Source: Octopus vulgaris
Taxonomy: Eukaryota
Reading direction: 5' to 3'
DNA length: 64,000 bases
Assembly: GCA_951406725.2 (NCBI GenBank)
Contig: OX597842.1
Location: forward strand, 6,882,001-6,946,000
Positions 25,569 through 38,397 of this stretch are shown here, in pieces. The translations under genes and the position numbers were made by a program. Within the stretch, counting starts at the first letter, position 1. The number at the start of each line of letters is the position of its first letter. The notes beneath the pieces are model-generated. The model was given only the letters and a program-made list of their open reading frames with translations. It was not told the origin of the DNA and ran no database searches.

Positions 25569-26471
25569 GTGAGAGAGCAGTGCATGCCATCAAAGTGACA
25601 TTGGGGTAAAATATACGAAGCCCAGTATAAGGGTACATCAGGTACATGCATCACAACCATGTTTGCGCGACATGGTGATCTCATATCCAGATAAACAGCG
25701 CATGACCTTGCAGGTGGGACCCAGTTAGAATTTTCTTCTGGTTGAGTAACCCATCCTGCTCAAAAGGTCCCTGAATAAGGATTGTTTAAGGATGTTGAAT
25801 GAACCATCCATGTTTTCAAAGGTGAATTATTCAAACCCCAAAGAATCCCTCTCAACACATGGCTATGATGTTCCCCCACTACTTCTGCTCGTGGTCAGAT
25901 ATGCACATATCGTCAGCCACTAAGGGACATGCTCAACTGGTTAAGGTCAAACAACTGACAAGCAAATCTGTGGTATTGAGCAGAATATTTGCTGTAGCCC
26001 ATCTTTTATACCAAGACAAACAATGTACATGATAACACTTCCAATCAGTTAAGATCAGAAACCATGAGAGCCACTGTCTGGTACTGCATCAGGGCATTTA
26101 TTATTATTATTATTATTATTATCATCATCATCATCATCATCATCAGTAGTAGTAGTAGTAGTAGTAGTAGTAAAGTGGTGGACTGCTTAGCGGTATTTCG
26201 TCCATCACTATGTTCCTCCAAGACACTTTATTTCACATTGCTCCAGTTCACTCAGTTGTAGAAATGAGTTGTGATGTTATTGATGCTAAGCTGTATCAGC
26301 CTTTGCCTTTCTCTTGGATAACATCAGTGGCATGGTATGCATGGGCAAGTGCTGGTATGCATGGGCAAATGCTGGTCTTCCATAAGCAACCTTGCCCAGA
26401 CTTGTACCTTGGAGGGGAACTTTCTAGGTGCAATTCCATGGTCACTCATGGCCAAAGTGGGGTATTTACCC

Positions 26472-26521
<50 letters not shown>

Positions 26522-26784
26522 CAATAAAAAGAATACAAAGAATATTGCTGTAGGGAATGGAAGATCTAACATTTCGGACAAAAGCCCATCTTCAGGAAAA
26601 AGCTTAAAGGGGTGAAATTAATAAGGCAGCTGTCTCTCATTAATTTCATTCCTTTCAAATTTTCCTGAAGAAGGGCTGTTGTCTCTGAAACACTGGTTTT
26701 TCCACAAGTTCACTGTGCGTTTTTTTTTATTGATTTTACCACACACACATTTCTATTCCTCTCTTTGTTATTGTTACTTCACAG

Positions 26785-26988
26785 ACAATACCATATCCTG
26801 CCTGGCTGCCTCCCTTGTTCACCCTAACGCTGATGTCCAGTTGGCTGCACTCTATATAGTAGTTCTGTTGGTCAAGGACCCTACTATCAGACCATCACTT
26901 CTCACTGACTACCAATACCAGCTAGCACAAGCCATCATCATCATTCTCAACTCATCATCATCAGTTCCCCTCTTGTGCAATGTTTTAG
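26785..26988 (+). CDS. MEI1: MEI1 homologue exon 5 (NNTISCLAASLVHPNADVQLAALY...LLCNVL)
   Basis: ttcacAG acceptor, AG|GTAAGT donor, 204 nt, phase 1-1. LVHPNADVQ resembles LVYPSEGIQ; LLCNVL resembles LQINCL. Confidence 0.88.
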
Positions 26989-28311
26989 GTAAGTCTGCAC
27001 ACATACGCAAATGGAGACTGACACACATGATCGTATATACACACACACTTTGCGCCACACAAGGACACATATGGAGACACGGATCCACACATATAGAGAT
27101 GCACATCCATCCATACATACAAACATGGTACATAGTTACATAACACATACACACATACACAGACATGCACACACAAGGAGACGGAGGTGTATACATATAC
27201 AAACACACGCTCACACACACACATACATAGAAAATATACAAACACGGACATGCAAGGACATGAATATACAGGATACGTACATACACATGCACACACACAT
27301 ATATACATACATACACACATACATATGTACATGCATGCATGCATAGGCACACACACACACACATATATATACATACATACACATGCATACACACATACAT
27401 ATGTACATGCATGCATGCATAGGCACACACACACATACACAAATATATACATACATACACATGCATACATACACACATACATACGTACATGCATGCATGC
27501 ATAGGCACACACACACACACACACACTGACCCACACACATGCACACAAACAAACAAAAGGGAACACAGTGTAAATAACGGACAGAGTCAAGATTATTTAA
27601 AAGGTTGCAAGACACAACGAAAATTTTAGGAAAATAAAAATAAGAAATAAGTGGAAATTTTACCAGTGGTTAGAGCATTGTGCTCAAAATCATGAGGTAG
27701 TGAGTTCGATTCCGGGACCAGGCTGTATGTTGTGTCCTTGAGCTGTATGTTGTGTTACATAATAAGGCACTAAAAGAGAATGACTCTCCCCAGACACAAC
27801 AGAATCATCACTTTCATTATCTTAATTCTCACTATCATCATCACATCCAATTGTCATCATTATCGCTGTTGTCATTGCCATATCCATTGTCATCACCACT
27901 CCCCATTGTCACTATTACTCTCCATTGTCATCACCACATCATGTCCTGCTGTCATCGCCACACTCCTGTTATCAGCATCACTCCTCATTGTTATCACTAC
28001 ACCTATTGTTGTTTTCACCACTTTTGTTGTCATCTACCATTACTTTTGTCATCATTGCTATCATCACTACTGCAATTATCATCATCATTCTCATCATCAT
28101 CATTACCACCAATATTATTATAATGTATTTCACATAGGGGAGTGGCTGTGTGGTAAGTAGCTTGCTTACCAACCACATGGTTCTGGGTTCAGTCTCACTG
28201 CTTGGCACCTTGGGCAAGTGTCTTCTACTATAGCCTCAGGCCAACCAAAGCCTTGTGAGTGGATTTGGTAGACAGAAACTGAAATAAGCCCATCGTATAT
28301 ATGTATATATA

Positions 28312-28368
<57 letters not shown>

Positions 28369-29203
28369 TTGTGTGTCTGTGTTTGTCCCCCAACATTGCT
28401 TGACAACCGATGCTAGTGTGTTTATGTCCCTGTAGCTTAGCAGTTCAGCAAAAGAAACCAATAGAATAAGTACTAGGCTTACAAAGAATAAGTCTTGGGG
28501 TCGATTTGATCGACTAAAGGTGGTGCTCCAGCATGGCCGCAGTCAAAATGACTGAAACAAGTAAAAGAGTAATGAGTATATTGTTTTCTCCATGTCTTGA
28601 TAAGAAAAAGTAAAACATATTCTCACGTCAATGATGGACCTTTTCTTATGTCTACTGTTTATATTAGTCAGACTGCTGTCCTCATCTTGATTGTTACTTT
28701 CACTACATTTTGGCTGTTGGACATTCAAGCCATCTTCAGGTGTTTTGAGTTGAACCCAGTTGTTGTGTTGGAATTTCAAACCTAACCCTTTATTTGATCC
28801 ATGAGGGTACACTGTTCTCATCCACTCTCTGTTTTATGACATTTCTTGCTTCAGCTGATTTTTTGTACCTTTTACTGAACCACTAAGTTACAGGGATGTA
28901 AACATACCAACACCAGTTATCAAGTAGTAGTGAAGGACAAACAGACACAAAGACACACACATACTACGAGCTTCTTTCAGTTTCTGTCTACCAAATCCAC
29001 TCACAAGGCTTTGGTTGGCCTGAGGCTGTAGTAGAAGACACTTGCCCAAAGTGCAATGCAGTGGGACTGAACCCAGAACCATATGGTTTGGAAGCAAACT
29101 TCTTACCACACAACCATACTTCCCATCGCCCTTATTCCACCCCACCCCACCCCCCATCCCATCTGCCCCACATTATTCACTACATTCAATCCTTCCTTCT
29201 CAG

Positions 29204-29272
29204 GATATCACTCAAGTCTCTTCTACAAGCGTTTACTTGCAAAAGAACTTTTTCATGACATCATTCTCACTG
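29204..29272 (+). CDS. Candidate symmetric (cassette?) MEI1 exon GYHSSLFYKRLLAKELFHDIILT
   Basis: Strong acceptor ccttccttctcAG, donor G|GTCAGT, 69 nt, phase 1-1, open frame. KRLLAKELF resembles MEI1 RQLLKYDLF. Not required for frame continuity. Confidence 0.4.
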
Positions 29273-30107
29273 GTCAGTGTGGGCCTGCCGAGATCCAGCA
29301 ATCTGTCATCTTTTACTTGTTTGAATAAGTGGAGTTTAGTCAAATAAACCAACCCTAGTACTTACTTTTCAAGTATGATACCTATTCTATCAGTCTCTTT
29401 TGGAAAACCGCTAAGTTACAGGTACTTAAATGAACCAACTCCCATTATCAAGCAGTGGTGGTACTTGATAACTTTGTCCTTATTAAATAGGGTTTTTAGA
29501 AAACAAATTAATGTGAAATTTTGATGAAAGAACACTTTGAAACACAAAGTTGGTCTGGTAAAACCAGGGGCAATCTGAAGCAAGTTGGTATCAAAAGGGT
29601 TTAATGTTCTGAGCCAAGGGTGAAGCTAGAGTGTGTGCCATCTAAAGAAACCCTTGAGTTTACTGTCCTCTTCCCAAGCTTGTACAGTCTTATGTGGTGG
29701 CACTCCATCGGTTATGATGATGTGGGTTCCAGTTGATCTGATTAATAGAACAGCCTGCTCATGAAATTAACATGCAAGTGGCTGGGTACTCCACAGATAT
29801 GCATACCCTTAATGTTGTTCTCAGGGTGATTCAGCATAACACAGGATGTAACAAAGCTGGCCCTCATTTTTGCCAGTGGAGTGGACAGGAGCAATGTGAA
29901 ATAAATTGTCTTGCTCAAGGACACAATGCACATCTGGGAATTGAACTCATAACCTTACGATTGTGAGCTAAATACTCTAACTACTAAGCCACGGTCTTAT
30001 ACAGTAGACTTCAAATTGCTGATCCCATAAAAATGTTACCTTAGATTAGACCCTTTCTCACCTACTCATGCTACTGTTCCAATATGACCCTTTTGTCCAA
30101 ATTTCAG

Positions 30108-30326
30108 AAATGGTAAGAGTGTTGTTGGTCGAGAATTCATTCCTCCAATTTGTTGTACAGCTGAGGTTGAAGGGATCAAGCCTTGGGTCAGCATTCAAAT
30201 CTCTACTACAAAACAGGAAGGAATCACTGCAAACTGGGACACTACTCTGTGTGTTGGAACTCCTTACAAGGTCCAGGAGTATTACACCTGCTGCCAGTGT
30301 TCTGCTCCTTGAGGCTGATATTGCAG
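30108..30326 (+). CDS. MEI1: MEI1 homologue exon 6 (EMVRVLL...SLGSAFKSLLQNRKESLQ...EADIA)
   Basis: atttcAG acceptor, CAG|GTAATG donor, 219 nt, phase 1-1. Matches MEI1 SLPLVLKKLLLSRDETLQ...HADIPE. Confidence 0.85.
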
Positions 30327-30373
30327 GTAATGTACTCAAATTGGTATCTTATTCCCTATCTTTGTCTACTCTT

Positions 30374-31096
30374 TTAACCCTTTCGTTACCGTATTTATTT
30401 TGAGATGCTCTTTTTCTTTCAATTGATTTTAAAGATAACAAAGAATTTGGTAAAATAACTTAGTTATCATTCAGCTGGTGTTAGGAACATAAATTGTGAC
30501 TAAGGTTTGGTGGAAGATTTTAATTCAAAACTTATGAAAGCAAGACATTTGTACTCAGAGCCAGAGCCAGTTTCAGCCAGATTTATATCAAAAGGGTTAA
30601 AAATATCATGGTGACTTTAACACTTCCATTACTATGTTTATTTTGAGATGCTTTGTGTTACTTTCAATTAATTTTAAATATAACAAAGAATTTAGTAAAA
30701 TAACTTAGTTATCATTCAGCTAGTGTTAGAAACATGAACTGTGACTAAGGTTTGGTGAAAGATTTTAATTCAAAACTTATGGAAACAAGACATTTGCATT
30801 ACAGAGCCAGAGGCGGTTTCAGTGGGGTTGGTACCAAAAGGGTTAAGAATTGTTTCTCTGTTATATATTTTAAGCCTTTTGTTACCGTATTCTGTCGAGA
30901 TGCTCTGTGTTTCTTTCAATTACTTTATATATAACAAAGAATTTAGTAAAATAACTTAGTTATCATTCAGCCAGTGTTAGAAACATAATTTGTGACTAAC
31001 GTTTGGTGGAAGATTTTAATTCAAAACTTATGAAAGCAAAAATTTGTACTACAGAGCCAGAGGTGGTTTCAGCCAGGTTGGTATCAAAAGGGTTAA
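30374..31096. mobile_element. Three tandem ~225 bp piggyBac-like MITEs
   Basis: Units at 30374-30600, 30617-30846 and 30870-31096 are bounded by TTAA-CCCTTT ... AAAGGG-TTAA (left ends of units 2 and 3 decayed). Confidence 0.75.
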
Positions 31097-31877
31097 AATG
31101 AATTTAGATCAGATCCATATCAGACACTGCATGTTGTATGGATCCAAAAGCTCTTCTGGAATGGAAGCACCAAGAAATATTCATTCTGTCAATGGAAATG
31201 AAGCTGTAAGTGTCCAGATATGCCAGTGATGGTTTGACTTCCACTTGGGAAATTCTTCTCTCATAGATTCCTCTCAATCTGGACAACCCAATTCTGTCAA
31301 TAATGAGCTGAAAATTATATTTGACTGCATGAGAATTAACAAAACAGTTCATTTCAAGTCACACTTTACCCATAAAATACCTTCATGAGTAAGGAAAAGG
31401 GTCCAAACTTGGTCAGTGGTCTCTCATCTCTCAAGGTTTTATCGATATTATATATGATATATTCATATTTTACTGTTCAATTTATATGCCTCCAATATGC
31501 TCAACCATTAGCAAATACAACACCATTTATGTTTTGAAAATAAGTTACACAATCGGGCGCAGGAGTGGCTGTGTGGTAAGTAGCTTGCTTACCAACCACA
31601 TGGTTCCGGGTTCAGTCCCACTGCATGGCACCTTGGCCAAGTGTCTTCTACTATAGCCTTGGGCCGACCAAAGCCTTGTGAGTGGATTTGGTAGACAGAA
31701 ACTGAAAGAAGCCCATCGTATATATGTCTATATATACATATATATGTATGTGTGTGTATATATTTGTGTGTCTGTGTTTGCTCCCCCAACATCGCTTGAC
31801 AACCGATGCTGGTGTGTTTACGTCCCCGCAACTTAGCGGTTTGTGTAATCTAGACAACAATATATTCACCGCACCCA

Positions 31878-32310
31878 TCATCATCATCATTTAACGTCCG
31901 CTTTCCATGCTAGCATGGGTTGGACAGTTCAACTGGGGTCTGGGGAGCCCGAAGGCTGCACCAGGCCAGTCGGATCTGGCAGTGTTTCTACAGCTGGATG
32001 CCCTTCCTAACGCCAACCACTCCGAGAGTGTAGTGGGTGATTTTATGTGCCACCGACACAGGTGCCAGACGAGGCTAGCGAACGGCCATGCTCGGATGGT
32101 GTTTTTTATGTGCCACCGACACAGGTGCCAGACGAGGCTGGCGAACGGCCACGATTGGATGGTGTTTGTTACGTGCCCACAGCACGGAGGCCAGTCGATG
32201 CGGTACTGGCTACAGCCACGAACGGATGGTCTTCTTATGTGCCACCGGCACTGGTACCACAAAGATACATATTCCATTGATGTTCATCTATTTTGATTTG
32301 GTTTGATTTC
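31878..32310 (-). mobile_element. RTE 3'-end subfamily with 62-63 bp tandem units
   Basis: Near-identical to 51703-52215; (CAT)n start and GTGCCACCGACAC units. Confidence 0.8.
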
Positions 32311-33387
32311 CCTAAAAATAACAAACCCAGTATATATATATTCATGCACACACACACACACACACACACATACACACACATGCATGTGCATATATATTCA
32401 CATCACGTGTAGATCCTTAGTAATTTGTTGTGATCCAGCTATCTTTGGATCATCTACTTTTATGCCACACTGTGTGTAGGATGGAACAACTGTTACTTCC
32501 TGTGTTTTTTCAGAGTATGAAACTAAAAGAGCACATTGCCACAGTATTAGGCTGATAGAAATAATTAGGATGGCGTTTTTAATTACTGCATACTATTTCC
32601 CTAAAAATAACAAACTTGATGGATGTTTATATGAAACTAATTATTTCTGCAATTACTTTATTGTTTATTGAGTAATGTATGAGTGTGTATATATGTTTGC
32701 GGGTGTGTACATGTATGAGTGTGCATGTGTATATATGTTTGTGTGTATATGTATGTGTGTATATATGTGTGTGTGCGTATATATATGTGTGAATGTGTAT
32801 ATGTCTGTGTGGTATATGTGTGGATATATATATAAATGTGTGTATGTGTGGGTATATGTATGTGTGTATATATGTGTTTGCATATATATGTGTGTGTGTG
32901 TGTGTATATGTGTGAATGTGTATATGTCTGTGTGTGTGTATATATGTATGTGTATATGTGTGTATACATATATGTATATATGTGTCTATATATATGTATA
33001 TATATATGTATGTATACATATATATGTATGCATTACATATAAATATTTATGTGTATATGATATGTATATATATGTATATGAGCACCATACTAATACAATT
33101 GTTTGTACTCCACCTGCCTTCGTCTTTTGTTTATTTTCATAAAGCTTCCCGCTGTATATATATATATATGTATATGTATATAAATATATGTGTATATGTG
33201 TATATGTATATATATATATGTGTGTGTGTGTGTATGTATGGATGTATGTATATATATATATATGTACGTATATATATATATATGTATGTATGTATATACA
33301 TATATGTATATATATATATGCACGTATATATATATATATATATATGTATGTATATACATATATATAAGTTTGTATATATGTATATAC

Positions 33388-33428
<41 letters not shown>

Positions 33429-33524
33429 TATATACATATTTGTATATACATGCATATATATGTATTTGTGTGTATATACATGTATATATATATGTATATA
33501 AAGAGGTATAAGTAACACACCATA

Positions 33525-33702
33525 CTAATCATATCTGTCAGGCATGTGGAAGAGAGTGTAATTCGGTAGGAGGACTTAAACGACATGCAAAGGTACATGA
33601 AGCCCAGTTACAACTACAGCCGGCTATTACCAGTAAAGGTTTTAGTTGCCAATTATGTACAAAACATTGTAGATCTTTAGCTGGGCTAAAAAGTCACATT
33701 CA
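33525..33702 (+). mobile_element. C2H2 zinc-finger relic, probably the C-terminus of a LINE ORF
   Basis: [20 protein letters not shown] and CQLCTKHCRSLAGLKSHI. A paralogous piece lies at 36050-36180 (CTNCQKTCKSLAGLKSHICAAH). Confidence 0.55.
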
Positions 33703-33782
33703 ATCACAGCACCAGTAACAGTTAAGCTTCGTGCAATGGCCATACTCGATAACAAGGTGGCAGCCATAATATATGTATACAG

Positions 33783-35995
33783 TATTTCGGATTGCCAGAC
33801 AGGGGCTGAGGTATTTCGGATTGCCAGACAGGGTGTGAGAGAAAATAGTGATGTTACAGGAGAGAAATGTGTCCGCATGGATGATGGGGCACTTGCTTTT
33901 ACTGTTGGTGAAAAGAAAGAGGCTTGGAGAGGCTATGAAAGACTGCTGAATGAGGAGAATGAATGGGAGGAGGAGAGCCTGCCAAATGTTGACCCAGTAG
34001 AGGGACCAGCTACCCGAATAGTCACCTACATTGTAAACCAGGTAGTTCATAATTGAATCATACCCAATGACTGGCGTAGCAGCACCATAGTCAACTGCTA
34101 CAAGGGTAAGGGTGATGCTCTAGATAGAAATAACTACAGGGGTATTAAACTGTTGGATCAGGTGATGAAGGTCACAGAGAGGGTCATAACCCATCTCATT
34201 AGGGAGAGAATTTGCTTAGATGAGATGCAGTTCGGTTTTGTGCCGGGTAGAAGCACCACTGATGCTATATTCCTGGTCCGACAACTGCAGGAGAAGTACA
34301 TAGCTAAAGATAAACCCCTCTACATAGCTTTTGTGGACTAGGAGAAAGCCTTTGACAGGGTTCCCTGATCCCTTATCTGGTGGTCGATGCGGAAACTGGA
34401 GATTGATGAATGGCTAATAAGGGCTGTACAGGCTCTATACAGAGAGGCTGTCAGCAAGGTTGGGATTGGCAACGAATATAGTGAAGAATTCCGGGTAGAA
34501 GTAGGTGTACACCACAGCTCAGCCCTCAGTCCCCTTTTATTCATCATAGTCCTCCAGGCAATAACAGAGGAATTCAAAACAGGATGCCCCTGGGAGCTCC
34601 TCTATGCTGATGACCTGGCTCTCATAGCAGAATCACTACCGGAACTAGAAAAGAAATTTCGGGTGTGGAAGCAAGGGTTAGAATCAAAGGGCCTTAGAGT
34701 AAATGTAGCAAAGACCAAAGTTATAGTAAGCAGAAAGGCGAACTCAGCACACACCCCCTTGGGCAGGTGGCCCTGCTCGATCTGTAGGAAAGGTGTAGGT
34801 AGAAACTCCATAAGATGCACCCAATGTAAGCTATGGACGCATAAGAGGTGCAGCAACATTAAAGGGAAATTAACTGATAAGATAGCTTTCATGTGCGGCA
34901 GATGCACAGGGACAATAGACACCACAGACACTCAGAAAACAGATTCCATCACACTCCAGGGGGAGAAACTAGGAGTAGTTGATAGTTTCCGCTACCTGGG
35001 TGACCAGGTTAGTAGTGGAGGTGGATGCACAGAGAGTATCACCACTAGAATACGAATAGCCTGGGCAAAGTTCAGAAAGCTCTTACCCCTACTGGCGACA
35101 AAGGGTCTCTCGCTCATAGATTGTATGATGCATGTGTGCGAACTGCCATGCTTCACGGTAGTGAAACATGGGCTGTGACTGCAGAGGACATGCGTAGACT
35201 TGAAAGAAATGAAGCTAGCATGATCCGCTGGATGTGTAATGTCAGTGTGCACACACGACAGAGTGTAAGCACCCTGAGAGAAATGCTGGATATAAGAAGC
35301 ATCAGATGTGGAGTGCAAGAGCGACACTTGCGATGTACTGCAGATGGATGAGGAGAGATGTGTGAAGAAGTGCACTCCCAAACAGTTGAAGGTATCAGGG
35401 GGAGAGGTAGACCCAGGAAGACATGGGATGAGGTAGTCAAGCATGACCTCAGAGCGTTGGGCCTCACTGAGGCAATGGCGAAGGACCGAGATCTCTGGAG
35501 ATATGCTGTGACTGCAAAGACCCAGGCTGCTTCCTGCATCAGTTCCGCATAGCCCCTGCCCATTCAAAGTACCCTGGATCCCAGAACATCCCGCTGTGCT
35601 TGAGGAGACCTGTTGAGTCAAGTACATGAACATGAACGTCGAAATAAATATCAATGGAAATAATAGTTGTGATGCCTGTGCCGGTGGCACATAAAAAGCA
35701 CTATCCGAATGTGGCCGATGCCAGCGCCGCCCCAACTGGCTTCTGTGCCGGTGGCACATAAAAAGCACCATCCGAACGTGGCCGATGCCAGCGCCGCTCC
35801 GACTGGCTTCTATGCCGGTGGCACATAAAAAGCACCATCCGAACGTGGCCGATGCCAGCGCCGCTCCGACTGGCTTCTGTGCTGGTGGCACATAAAAAGC
35901 ACCATCCGAACGTTGCCAGCGTGCTTTGGCTGGCTTCCGTGCCGCTGGCACGTTAAAAGTTCCAACCGATCGTGGCCGATGCCGGACCGCCCCCT
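33783..35995 (+). mobile_element. RTE-clade non-LTR retrotransposon, 5'-truncated, reverse transcriptase pseudogene plus 3' UTR
   Basis: NYRGIKLL, QFGFVPGRSTTDAIF, AFVD*EKAFD, LSPLLF, LLYADD and FRYLG motifs; PHD-like Cys/His insert; in-frame stops and frameshifts; 67-bp tandem array at 35684-35990. Confidence 0.93.
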
Positions 35996-36011
35996 GTATA
36001 TATATGTATAA

Positions 36012-36055
<44 letters not shown>

Positions 36056-36277
36056 AGGCATAGTAAAGTTGATGGAACTGTAAACTATACAATCACCAAG
36101 TTTGCTTGCACTAATTGTCAAAAAACATGTAAATCTTTGGCAGGCCTCAAAAGCCATATTTGCGCAGCTCATGGATGATATTCTAGGAAATAAAGAAATC
36201 AAGCAATGGTTCTTCTCAAAAGTGAGTTGGCAGCCATCATATATATGTATATATATATATATTTATATATATGTGTA

Positions 36278-36330
<53 letters not shown>

Positions 36331-38341
36331 GGATAGAAAGTTAAATATCGGTATGAATGTGTGTGTATATGTCTAAATGTATACATATCTGTATATATGT
36401 AAATATATATGTGTATGTGGATATATATATATATATATATATATACACCATGATTGATCACTAGCCACCAAACCTTTCTTTTAATTTTTTCTCCCTTGTT
36501 TTATTTTCTCTCTCCATTTTTATTTTCCCTTTCTGTTTATTTCTGTGTTCCTTTCTCTTGAAGAGTGTACGCTCAAAACATAAAAGACTTTCTCACTTCC
36601 TGAGCATTAAACTAATAAATCTGTTTGTTGTTTCCACACCTGTCTTCGTCTTTTGTTTTCTTTGCTTTTTTTATAAATTCCAACTATATATATATGTATA
36701 TATATGTATACATGTGTATATACATATGTGTATATATATATATGAATACATACACATGTCTATGTGTGTATTTGTGTATGTGTATCCTTTTATGTATGGA
36801 TATATATATGTGTGTATATGTATGTATGTGTGTATGTCTGTTTCTTTCCTTCACTAGGACTCTTTGTGCTGCTTCTGATTAATATCCAAATATAAATTCT
36901 TCATGGAAATGCGATTTTGTATTATAAAGCAATTTTTTCTCTGTGTGACAATTTCTCTAGTAGCAAATTCCTTACATGTCTATATAACGTGTAAATCTTT
37001 GTAATTCCTACTAGAAAATGGAACATGTGTAACGGAGAATAAATAATGTCAAAAACTTTCCATTATCTTGTTTTGTTACACACAAACACACACACATTTT
37101 ATGCAAAATTTAAGTTAGTTAAAATATGGTTGTGGCATATTTCAGCTTCTAAAAGGCGAAAACACTGCAGATACTGAAGAGAAAATATTTCTCTTATGGT
37201 AAAAGGTGTGAAAACACCCTATTCATTTAGTTTTGCCAACTATCAGGATTCCCAGACATCAATGTTTCCGGTTTTTTGGCTTTTATCAATAGGAAGTATC
37301 TAAGAGAGGCAACTCTGAACAAATCTTATAAAGCAACAGCCTTATATATTTTAATATTATCAAGTATTATATTACTAGTTATGTTATACAACTTGTCAGA
37401 ATATTACCATCAGTTTCACATTGATATTGCCATGAGGCATTATTGTCAACTCTTTGGAAATACTGACCAGAAGTACATTACTGAGATAGATAGGCACTAA
37501 GTTGGTTTAGTGGCAGCAGAAAATGGAATGGAATACTCTTTACTCTACTCTTTTACTTGTTTCAGTCATTTGACTGTGGCCACGCTGGAGCACTGCCTTT
37601 AGTCAAGCAAATTGACCCCAGGACTTATTCTTTGTAAGCCTAGTACTTATTCTATCAGTCTATTTTGCCGAACCGCTAAGTTACGGGGACGTAAACACAC
37701 CAGCATCGGTTCGACTAAAACCTTTCAAAGCAGTGCTCCAGCATGGTCGCAGTCAAATGACTGAAACAAGTAAAAGAATAAAGCACCAATGATAATTCCA
37801 ACATGACCTGGAAGAGGAAAAGAAAATCCAGAGTGAAGAACAGTGAGGAGAGTTATGATAGCCTACGTCCCACTGGGAGTGAAGGGCTTCACTGTGTAAG
37901 TAGGTCTTATAAAGCACCAGTGAAACACTGGGTTTGATGTAATCAACTCGTCCCCTCTCCCACAGTCCATATCAGTCTAGCCTCTGGTATCCTTAATGCT
38001 TCTCCTTGTTTAACACCACAGCATCACCCTTGGGTGCATCCAGTGGAATCCACTCTGTTGTAAGCATTAGGACTAGGTCTTTGGTTTAAGGATAGCAGAG
38101 GCTAGACTGATATGGACTGTGGGGGAGGGGACAAGTTAATTACATCAAACCCAGTGTTTCCCTGGTGCTTAATTTATTGACCCCAAAGGGTTGAAAGGCA
38201 AAGTCAGTCTTGGCAGCATTTGAACGCAGAATGTAGTAGCAGACAAAATACCACCAAGTATTTCGCCCGACATGCTAACGATTCTACCAGCTCACCACCT
38301 TAATAATAAATAACAACAACAACAAAAATAACAATTCCTCT

Positions 38342-38397
<56 letters not shown>

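Noticed and set aside
35684-35990. Regularly spaced palindromic repeats resembling a CRISPR array (also 16400-16640, 32040-32250, 51880-52140)
   Set aside because: The 'spacers' are near-identical, the context is eukaryotic, and the array is the 3' UTR of an RTE LINE.
36858-37380. Faint MEI1-like stretches (ISLVANSL; KYLREATLNK)
   Set aside because: In-frame stops and no consistent splice chain.
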